From: a virus
Taxonomy: Duplodnaviria > Caudoviricetes
Direction: 5' to 3' (one strand)
Virus record (IMG/VR): IMGVR_UViG_3300020043_003636
Span: 1-25,684 of that record
Length of the DNA: 25,684 nucleotides
Part shown: piece by piece, positions 1 to 6,539 of the stretch
Numbering within the stretch: the first letter of the stretch is position 1
Layout of the letters: each line of letters starts with the position of its first letter
The notes under the pieces: model-generated
Told to the model about the DNA's origin: nothing
What the model saw: only the letters and a program-made list of their open reading frames with translations
The model's database searches: none
Position numbers and translations under genes: made by a program

Positions 1-2
1 CT

Positions 3-551
3 GATAATTACTATGACTTAGCAATTTGCGACCCACCATACGGTATTAATTTAGCTGAATGGGATAAAGAAACGCCAAAGCAAGAATACTTTGATGAGAT
101 ACGCAGAGTTTCAGTTAATCAAATAATTTGGGGTGGCAATTATTTTGTAGATAAACTACCAATAACAGAGGCTTGGATATGTTGGCACAAGAAACCATTT
201 TTGAAACAACAAGCACATTTTGAATTAGCTTGGACAAGTTTTGAAATGAAGCCGAAAATGATTGAATACACATACGCTGGTAATTGTGAAGGATTAAAAA
301 ATGTGCGTGTAGATTATACAAAGAAAAGTATTCATCCTGCACAAAAGCCTGAAAACATATACAAGATATTGTTACAAGATTATGCAAAAGAAGGATTTAA
401 AATAATTGACACCCATTTAGGAAGCGGAACTATTGCTTTGGCGTGTTGGGATATGAAAATGAATTTAGATGCTTTTGAAATTAATACCGAGTATTTTAAT
501 AAGGCTTGTAAACAGTTAGAAGAAGAAAGTCGAATTTTAGCACTATGGTAG
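3..551 (+). CDS. DNA N6-adenine/N4-cytosine methyltransferase (beta class), 5'-truncated by window edge
   Basis: Frame open from base 3 (DNYYDLAICDPPYG...NQIIWGGNYF...IHPAQKP...IIDTHLGSGT); the ORF track start at 201 is internal. Confidence 0.92.
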   Translation, partial: DNYYDLAICDPPYGINLAEWDKETPKQEYFDEIRRVSVNQIIWGGNYFVDKLPITEAWICWHKKPFLKQQAHFELAWTSFEMKPKMIEYTYAGNCEGLKNVRVDYTKKSIHPAQKPENIYKILLQDYAKEGFKIIDTHLGSGTIALACWDMKMNLDAFEINTEYFNKACKQLEEESRILALW

Positions 552-618
552 TATTACCGCTAACGGATGCGTGTATGTTGTCGTTTTAATGCAACATACA
601 CGTTGTTACCAACAGTAC
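551..618 (+). repeat. attC-like element 1 (TAAC-hairpin-GTTA)
   Basis: TAAC 561-564; perfect 11-bp inverted repeat CGTGTATGTTG 570-580 / CAACATACACG 592-602; GTTA 605-608. Confidence 0.75.
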
Positions 619-642
619 GGTTAATTATAAACAAAACTTGAT

Positions 643-1293
643 ATGGAAAACGAAAGAAAAGAATTATTAAAAATGTGCGAGGGCAAAAAATACAATGTTA
701 TTTATGCTGACCCTGCTTGGAGATTTTCGCAAGGAATAAATAGGCGAAAAGATATACGAGAAAAGTTTGGAACAAATGAGGAGTTATCAATACAATATCC
801 TACTATGTCCGATAAAGAAATTATTGAATTGAATGTATCCGATTATGCAGATGATAATTGCGTTTTGTTTTTATGGACTACTGATGCTCATTTAGAAGTG
901 GCAATAAAAGCAATAAATAATTGGGGGTTCAAGTATAAAACAGTTGCTTTTACTTGGAATAAAAAGCGTGGTTTTATGGGTAAATGGACTGTAAAACAAT
1001 GTGAAATATGTTTACTTGCTACAAAAGGGACAGCACATAAATTACTAAAATCATTTAAGGAAAAATCATACTTGGAAGAAAACAAAACTGAGCATAGTAA
1101 AAAGCCAAACGAATTTAGAAAACGAATTGAACGAATGTTTGGCGATGTTCCAAAACTTGAAATGTTTGCAAGAACAAGAACGGAAGGATGGGATGCATGG
1201 GGTAACGAAACGGATAAATTTGAAGAAGAAAAGGGGAAGGAAATTTTTAATAATTCTTTTCCTGTACAAACTTTATTCGGAGATGAAATGTAG
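643..1293 (+). CDS. MT-A70 family adenine methyltransferase
   Basis: VIYADPAW, LFLWTT, WGFKYKT, HSKKP, LEMFAR, GWDAWGNE motifs typical of MT-A70. Confidence 0.92.
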   Translation: MENERKELLKMCEGKKYNVIYADPAWRFSQGINRRKDIREKFGTNEELSIQYPTMSDKEIIELNVSDYADDNCVLFLWTTDAHLEVAIKAINNWGFKYKTVAFTWNKKRGFMGKWTVKQCEICLLATKGTAHKLLKSFKEKSYLEENKTEHSKKPNEFRKRIERMFGDVPKLEMFARTRTEGWDAWGNETDKFEEEKGKEIFNNSFPVQTLFGDEM

Positions 1294-1433
1294 TATTGTT
1301 GGTAACGGGTTCGGGCTTGGCGAAGTGGCTGAAACGAAAAGTCAAATTGAAAAACAAAACTTAATAATTAAGAACGAATGTTGATAGAAGAACAAAACGG
1401 CAATTTTGCCAAACCCGTGTTAGGTGCAGTGCC
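1293..1433 (+). repeat. attC-like element 2 (TAAC-imperfect hairpin with long A-rich loop-GTTA)
   Basis: TAAC 1303-1306; arms CGGGCTTGGCGAAGTGGCTG 1312-1331 / CGGCAATTTTGCCAAACCCG 1398-1417 (15/20 complementary); GTTAGGT 1419-1425 fits GTTRRRY. Confidence 0.75.
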
Positions 1434-2097
1434 TTTTTTGAACGAGATTGTTAATATGGACTGGAAAGAAGCCATTAAGCAAGTTTCAGACAAAAGCATT
1501 GATTTGGTTGTAACAGACCCACCTTACGGAATGAAATTTCAAAGCAACTACCGTAAAGTTCAACACAAAAGTATCCAAAACGATGATAACCTTGATTGGC
1601 TTGAAAGTTGGGTGATTGAATTAAAACGTGTTTGCAAAGACGAAGCCCACCTTTATATTTTTTGCTCTTGGCATAATATTGACTTATTTAAACAAATTGT
1701 AGGTGCATATTTCCAAGTAAAAAACATATTGATATGGGAAAAGAATAATACAGGAATGGGTGATTTAGAAGGCGATTATGCACCGAAATATGAAATGATA
1801 TTATTTTGTAGTAACGGAAGCAAAAAATTAAATGGTGGGCGTGATGCTAACATACTGAAGGCAAAACGAACAGGAAACGAAAACCACCCAACTGAAAAGC
1901 CTGTAAACCTAATAAGCTATTTGATAGAGAAAAGTAGTAATGAAAACGATATTGTTTTGGATACTTTTGCAGGTAGCTTTTCAACTGCACAGGCTTGTAA
2001 ACAAAAGAAACGAAATTTTATTTGCTTTGAAATTGAAGCAGATTATTGTAGAACCGCAAAAAACTTGCTTAATGGCGTATCGGTCAGCTTATTTTAG
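1378..2097 (+). CDS. DNA N6-adenine/N4-cytosine methyltransferase (beta class)
   Basis: IDLVVTDPPYG, LIWEK, HPTEKP, VLDTFAGSFSTA, FICFEI motifs; start codon uncertain (lies inside the upstream hairpin element). Confidence 0.93.
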   Translation: MLIEEQNGNFAKPVLGAVPFLNEIVNMDWKEAIKQVSDKSIDLVVTDPPYGMKFQSNYRKVQHKSIQNDDNLDWLESWVIELKRVCKDEAHLYIFCSWHNIDLFKQIVGAYFQVKNILIWEKNNTGMGDLEGDYAPKYEMILFCSNGSKKLNGGRDANILKAKRTGNENHPTEKPVNLISYLIEKSSNENDIVLDTFAGSFSTAQACKQKKRNFICFEIEADYCRTAKNLLNGVSVSLF

Positions 2098-2107
2098 CAC
2101 GTCTGCT

Positions 2108-2122
2108 GGCATTGCACCTAAC
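2108..2122 (+). repeat. attC-like left half-site closing the third cassette
   Basis: GGCATTGCACCTAAC is the 14/15 reverse complement of GTTAGGTGCAGTGCC at 1419-1433; ACCTAAC fits RYYYAAC; no hairpin partner seen downstream. Confidence 0.7.
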
Positions 2123-2157
2123 TACTGGCTAAGCGCAACAAAAAGGTACACAAAACA

Positions 2158-2337
2158 ATGCAAAAGACTAAAATACATAAAGTTAGATTAACAAAAAAAC
2201 AATACGAATCTTTGAAAGTATTGAAGTCTTACGATGTTAATGTAAGTCAGTTTATCAGGGCTGCAATTAAGGAAAAGTTACAGCGTGATTGGAAACAAAT
2301 CAAAGAAAAAAAAGAAACAATTAAACTACCATTTTAA
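2158..2337 (+). CDS. Small ribbon-helix-helix-like DNA-binding protein (59 aa, not in ORF track)
   Basis: MQKTKIHKVRLTKKQYESLKVLKSYDVNVSQFIRAAIKEKLQRDWKQIKEKKETIKLPF; strand-helix-NVSQFIRAAI pattern of CopG/Arc/MetJ-type proteins. Confidence 0.75.
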   Translation: MQKTKIHKVRLTKKQYESLKVLKSYDVNVSQFIRAAIKEKLQRDWKQIKEKKETIKLPF

Positions 2338-2339
2338 CC

Positions 2340-2579
2340 ATGAAAAAAATCGAACAACTTAAAAACACATTAGCCTTATTAACGATTGTAGGCTTATCAT
2401 GTTGGATTGGCTACTTGCTATCAGCTAATGAAAGTAAAGCCTACACAATCAACCAATATGAGTTAAAACAGCATAGAGATAGCTTAACTATTGAACAGCT
2501 ATTTGAGATTGATGCAATGCAGGATAGTGTGATAGAAACCATGCCGCCAGTAGAATTAATTAACTTTTTAAAAAAATAA
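2340..2579 (+). CDS. Hypothetical protein with N-terminal transmembrane/signal segment
   Basis: Hydrophobic LALLTIVGLSCWIGYLL; starts 2 nt after the previous stop. Confidence 0.65.
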   Translation: MKKIEQLKNTLALLTIVGLSCWIGYLLSANESKAYTINQYELKQHRDSLTIEQLFEIDAMQDSVIETMPPVELINFLKK

Positions 2580-2580
2580 C

Positions 2581-2682
2581 ATGAAAACAAGAGAAGAAAT
2601 AGAACAGTTAGCTAAAGAAGAATATAAAAATAACTTACACAATCCATTCTTTACAGCAGCACCACTAAACAAACAAGACTAA
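2581..2682 (+). CDS. Very small hypothetical protein (33 aa), possibly a deleted remnant
   Basis: MKTREEIEQLAKEEYKNNLHNPFFTAAPLNKQD fills the gap between neighbours. Confidence 0.45.
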   Translation: MKTREEIEQLAKEEYKNNLHNPFFTAAPLNKQD

Positions 2683-2686
2683 AGAT

Positions 2687-2842
2687 ATGATAATATTATT
2701 AATACCAATAACTTTAGTTCTAATCATGCTATTTTATGTAATATTTGAAATGGCATTTGGAACAGAAAAAAAAGAACAGCAAGATTTTAAAGATAGCATG
2801 AGTAAAGAAGAATACGATAACCTAAAAAAAAATGATAACTAA
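2687..2842 (+). CDS. Small membrane protein (51 aa, not in ORF track)
   Basis: MIILLIPITLVLIMLFYVIFEMAFG then a charged tail; overlaps the next start. Confidence 0.6.
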   Translation: MIILLIPITLVLIMLFYVIFEMAFGTEKKEQQDFKDSMSKEEYDNLKKNDN

Positions 2843-3272
2843 AAAAAGCACACAGGAAGCACTGGGACTATTAGTTAGTATCAGTGAATTATTAGAGTCA
2901 AACGACTTAAACGAAGAAAAAAGTAAAATCTATCACTTGAAGAAAGAGATTGATGAGTTTTTAGCAAAGAAAGACTCTGATGAAGATGTCAGAAAAGATT
3001 GTGAAAGTTTCATTGATGAATCTATTGGGGCTGAAAAAATGAATATTTATCCTATAACATCCCTTGACTATACAACAGCTATATATGCAGCTTATGTAAG
3101 CGGTAGAGGTAAATCAATCGTGAAAAAATCAACAACAGCTTTCCCTCCTAAAAAAATTATTACTGAGGCAAATGAATATGTAAACACTACTTACTTAGCT
3201 TTATTACACAAACAAGACAGGGAAAAACAAGCTTATGAAATGTTTTTATTAACTAATGGAAAAATGAAATAA
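2832..3272 (+). CDS. Hypothetical protein
   Basis: 146-aa ORF in a co-directional coupled run. Confidence 0.7.
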   Translation: MITKKSTQEALGLLVSISELLESNDLNEEKSKIYHLKKEIDEFLAKKDSDEDVRKDCESFIDESIGAEKMNIYPITSLDYTTAIYAAYVSGRGKSIVKKSTTAFPPKKIITEANEYVNTTYLALLHKQDREKQAYEMFLLTNGKMK

Positions 3273-3511
3273 TGACAACTGATAGAATTAAAGAAATACA
3301 AGAAGGCACTGCTTGTCCTAATAGTAAAAGCGTTCAACAAGCATTACTGCAAGTGTGGAATGAGTGTGAGCAACAAAGCCAAAGCGAGATAGAATCCTTA
3401 ACAAAGGAAGTGGAAAGGCTGAGGGAAGGCTTAATAATGGCTAAGAATTACGCATCAAATACTAATGTTATAGATGCAATAGATAAAGTATTAACAACAA
3501 GTAACCACTAA
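3272..3511 (+). CDS. Hypothetical protein with C-terminal coiled coil
   Basis: TAATG coupling with upstream gene; EIESLTKEVERLREGL heptads. Confidence 0.7.
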   Translation: MTTDRIKEIQEGTACPNSKSVQQALLQVWNECEQQSQSEIESLTKEVERLREGLIMAKNYASNTNVIDAIDKVLTTSNH

Positions 3512-3579
3512 AACAAAAGAGATGAACATAACAGAATAAACAACCTCAACAATCAAATTAGTTACCTAAAATCTAAGAT

Positions 3580-4029
3580 ATGAAATACGAAAACTTAACC
3601 CTAATAACCCTCAACAACGTACTCCACATTAAAGCGGATAACTTAGAAGCTGTGGAAGTGGATAGTAGTTGTGTAGATGAACTAAGTGATTTAGTGTTTA
3701 AAGACACTAAGTGGTTTATAAAAGGCAAAACAAATGATAAATACTACCTTTCACGTGGAGTTGACATTTCAGAACTATCAGATAGTATTGAGGTGAGGGA
3801 TTTTGAAACTTATCCTATTACTAAACGTGCCTTTTTACTACCTGTGAAAGAAATAGATGATTCATTAAACGTTGTTTTGGATAATCAAAAAGAATTAGAA
3901 TTATGCCTCGAAATAGTTGATAAGAAATCCTACACAATAGAGGAAATTGAAAGGGCTATTGATATGATATTTACAAGCGAATTTGGAAATAGACTTAAAG
4001 AAGCAATTATTAATAACCTAAACAAATAA
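3580..4029 (+). CDS. Hypothetical protein
   Basis: 149-aa ORF with normal composition. Confidence 0.7.
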   Translation: MKYENLTLITLNNVLHIKADNLEAVEVDSSCVDELSDLVFKDTKWFIKGKTNDKYYLSRGVDISELSDSIEVRDFETYPITKRAFLLPVKEIDDSLNVVLDNQKELELCLEIVDKKSYTIEEIERAIDMIFTSEFGNRLKEAIINNLNK

Positions 4030-4031
4030 TT

Positions 4032-4325
4032 ATGGAAGCAACAGCACACGAAATTAGAACAGTAAAGAAAATGATTATGGATGGTAATAGCCATGATAAA
4101 ATAGCAAAGTATTTAGGTACTACTATTAATCGTATTAGCGGAATTATGAATCACTTAACAAATGAAAATGTAGAAATGAGTTTCTTTGTTACTTTAGAAC
4201 GTGTTAAGCAAATTGAGAAAGAAATGTTTGAGGCTATTGATAACTACCATTCCAACAAAACGCTATGCAATTTAGATAAGGTTAATAATTTACAATCAAT
4301 TTATTCGAGAGTATGCTCAATCTAA
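4032..4325 (+). CDS. Hypothetical protein with possible N-terminal helix-turn-helix
   Basis: GNSHDKIAKYLGTTINRISGI resembles an HTH. Confidence 0.55.
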   Translation: MEATAHEIRTVKKMIMDGNSHDKIAKYLGTTINRISGIMNHLTNENVEMSFFVTLERVKQIEKEMFEAIDNYHSNKTLCNLDKVNNLQSIYSRVCSI

Positions 4326-4495
4326 AGATAAAAGAACCTGATTATAAGGCATTGTATGAAAGCCGCCAAGCTAAAATAGATAGCTTAAATAAGACAATAA
4401 TCGGTTTAAAGGCTAGGAATACTAAGCTGGAGAATGAGGTAAATAGGCTACTTAAGAATAGCAATAACACCAGTTGCAATAATGCCACCAAATAA
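4313..4495 (+). CDS. Small coiled-coil protein
   Basis: KIDSLNKTIIGLKARNTKLENEVNRL heptads; last plus-strand gene, overlaps the convergent gene by 48 bp. Confidence 0.55.
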   Translation: MLNLKIKEPDYKALYESRQAKIDSLNKTIIGLKARNTKLENEVNRLLKNSNNTSCNNATK

Positions 4496-4942
4496 CCACC
4501 TTTTATGCCTCTTATGTTTAGCTATATCTTTAGTTAGCCCCACGATTGTATTAGAATCCGTTTCAGCTACTTTTTTATAGTTGGTTATAATTACGCTATC
4601 AACTTTAATAACGTTCTTTAAATCGGTTATTAGAGATGAATCAACTAATATAATGGAATCACAAAGTTTAATGATCGGAGCGCAAATGTTAGCATAAATA
4701 GTATCATGCTTTAATACTTTATACTTTTTGATTATTTCAACCCTTAAAGTATCTTTTTTTTTAACCGCTATTAGTAGGCTATCTTTAACCCTTGTTTGAC
4801 TGGCAATTACTTGTTTAAGGCTATCAGTATCTTTATAGGTTACTTGCTCAGGCTTAGTGTTGCACTTATCGAATAACAACAAACACACCACTAATATAGC
4901 AACCGCCAGTACTACCATTTGTTTATTCAGCTTTAGTGTCAT
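4448..4942 (-). CDS. Spanin-like membrane protein
   Basis: Last gene of the lysis cluster; N-terminal hydrophobic segment followed by Cys, helical middle, C-terminal KRHKRWLFGGIIATGVIAILK. Confidence 0.55.
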   Translation of the reverse strand: MTLKLNKQMVVLAVAILVVCLLLFDKCNTKPEQVTYKDTDSLKQVIASQTRVKDSLLIAVKKKDTLRVEIIKKYKVLKHDTIYANICAPIIKLCDSIILVDSSLITDLKNVIKVDSVIITNYKKVAETDSNTIVGLTKDIAKHKRHKRWLFGGIIATGVIAILK

Positions 4943-5204
4943 GTTTACTTTGTTTATTTAATACGTTTTGGCTATAAGTTGTCATTCCTAACAATGCAGC
5001 AACAAAGCCATAATCAATAATTAACACCTCACTTAGTAGGCTAAAATCTTCCTTTGTAAAACAATGCTTTAACCAAATAATATGAGCAATTACAACCATT
5101 AATATAATAGTTGCACTTGTTAGCTTTCTTGCGGAGTAACCGCCTTTCTCAAATTTAAACGATCCGCTTAGATTATTTTTAAAATCAATTAGTATTTTTT
5201 TCAT
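4923..5204 (-). CDS. Holin-like protein with two transmembrane segments
   Basis: YSARKL then two hydrophobic helices; adjacent to the endolysin candidate. Confidence 0.55.
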   Translation of the reverse strand: MKKILIDFKNNLSGSFKFEKGGYSARKLTSATIILMVVIAHIIWLKHCFTKEDFSLLSEVLIIDYGFVAALLGMTTYSQNVLNKQSKHDTKAE

Positions 5205-5623
5205 TTTACTATTTCAATTGTATGTGTACTTTCACGTTGTAAAATAGTAATTAAGTCAGCCTCAGCCTTAGTGCTTTCCATTATACAATCAGTTCCTTTT
5301 TTATAGCCTACTAAAATACAACCATGTGAATGTTCAGCACTATTGCCACGATGTATTAAAACCCCATCAAAGCCCTTTATACCTTGCAAACGGGGTAACA
5401 ACCTGCCGAATTTTGGGGACTTGTTTACGATTAACGGATACTTACCATAAGGAATGGCAGTAATACCAAATAGCTTTTTAGCTTGTATAATTATAAGTGA
5501 TTGACTTTGCTCCAATCCTCTATCTTTATCTTCCAATGTATAGCAAAAAAATACATCGTTTAAATACAAAGAACCGATTGTACTTTTATCTGTGAACACT
5601 TCACGTACTACTTTAATTTTCAT
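5201..5623 (-). CDS. DUF5675-family protein, putative endolysin
   Basis: STIGSLY, CYTLED, TAIPYGKY, VLIHRGN, HSHGCILVG motifs; flanked by membrane proteins. Confidence 0.8.
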   Translation of the reverse strand: MKIKVVREVFTDKSTIGSLYLNDVFFCYTLEDKDRGLEQSQSLIIIQAKKLFGITAIPYGKYPLIVNKSPKFGRLLPRLQGIKGFDGVLIHRGNSAEHSHGCILVGYKKGTDCIMESTKAEADLITILQRESTHTIEIVK

Positions 5624-5825
5624 CTTCTTTTGTTTTTGGTTTAAAAATTACATTCCAAGCCTTCTTAAAGTTAATCACGATTAACAATATAACTGAAATA
5701 ATAGATAAGCAAGTCAATGCCAAATCTAAGCCTTCGTGCATACTTAACACCGCCAATACTTTAAAAGAAAATACAGCAAATCCAAGGATTAAATTGTTGT
5801 TAGTGTTATCAATTTCTTGCATCAT
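5613..5825 (-). CDS. Small membrane protein (holin/antiholin-like)
   Basis: 70 aa, two hydrophobic stretches, basic C-terminus, directly upstream of the endolysin candidate. Confidence 0.55.
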   Translation of the reverse strand: MMQEIDNTNNNLILGFAVFSFKVLAVLSMHEGLDLALTCLSIISVILLIVINFKKAWNVIFKPKTKEDEN

Positions 5826-6001
5826 AAACTATCTTTGTGTTTTAAATATCCTTCTCTTATTTCTGTTTCAGCAGCTTGTTTTGGTCTGCCATAGTACTCA
5901 TGAAGCCCATCTAATTTACCGCCATAATAAGTGATAAAAAGTTTCTGAATTTCCCCTAATTCAAGGTGCTTAACCACTTCTAATGTTATTTTATATTCCA
6001 T
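5822..6001 (-). CDS. Small hypothetical protein (59 aa, not in ORF track)
   Basis: MEYKITLEVVKHLELGEIQKLFITYYGGKLDGLHEYYGRPKQAAETEIREGYLKHKDSL; ATGA overlap with the next gene. Confidence 0.6.
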   Translation of the reverse strand: MEYKITLEVVKHLELGEIQKLFITYYGGKLDGLHEYYGRPKQAAETEIREGYLKHKDSL

Positions 6002-6002
6002 A

Positions 6003-6536
6003 TTAATATGCTTTTAAAAAGAATTGTAATTGTACGTTTGTCGGATTAGTCGCCCATGTAGGGAATGTTATTCTAATTTGCATTTCATCTCCAATAGTAT
6101 TAGCTAATGTTGAAGCAAAATAACCCGAAGAACTTATACGTTTATCTAATGTAAATCCAGTTGTTAAGATTGCAGTTGTTGAAGTTGTTATGTTTAATAA
6201 TTCAATTGTTGCCCCTTCAGCACTGCCTAAAGCAGTTGCAATTAATCCATTTACTTGAACTAACCAAATACTATTTGTTTTTGTTGAAGTTGGTCTATAT
6301 GTGCTTACTGTTTCAGGCGCATTATTGTTTATCCTTCCAAAATAATAAACACCACCATCTGCTGGACTTATTACTGTTGCATCAGAATACCATTCAGCAA
6401 CAGGATAAGGCGACTTCAATGCCAAAGCATCAAACACCGCATCTTCACTGGGTGCTTTGTTAATTACTCCATTTGTTATTGTTTGAGATACTTCGCTTTC
6501 TAGTTGACCTTGTGGTATTTTATTAGTTGTTATCAT
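6003..6536 (-). CDS. Putative short fibre/virion accessory protein
   Basis: N-terminal VSQTITNGVINKAPSEDAVFDALALK linker-like motif, Thr-rich beta C-terminal domain, fibre module context. Confidence 0.55.
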   Translation of the reverse strand: MITTNKIPQGQLESEVSQTITNGVINKAPSEDAVFDALALKSPYPVAEWYSDATVISPADGGVYYFGRINNNAPETVSTYRPTSTKTNSIWLVQVNGLIATALGSAEGATIELLNITTSTTAILTTGFTLDKRISSSGYFASTLANTIGDEMQIRITFPTWATNPTNVQLQFFLKAY

Positions 6537-6539
6537 ATT

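Noticed and set aside
551-1433. Hairpins as plain Rho-independent terminators or a CRISPR array
   Set aside because: No U tract directly after the stems on the coding strand, arms differ between elements, spacing is gene-sized, and neither idea explains the cross-gene inverted repeats
605-2122. IS or MITE terminal inverted repeats around the MTases
   Set aside because: No transposase, no target-site duplications seen, and repeat cores differ per gene while sharing GTTA/TAAC ends
2182-2188. GTTAGAT as the right end of a third complete attC-like site
   Set aside because: Lies inside the RHH ORF with no complementary arm to the sequence after TAAC 2119-2122 and no AGT at the expected position
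115-2191. Alternative-frame and antisense ORFs 115..387, 888..1085, 1066..1269, 1127..1384, 1940..2191
   Set aside because: Shadows of motif-bearing MTase genes with no recognisable features
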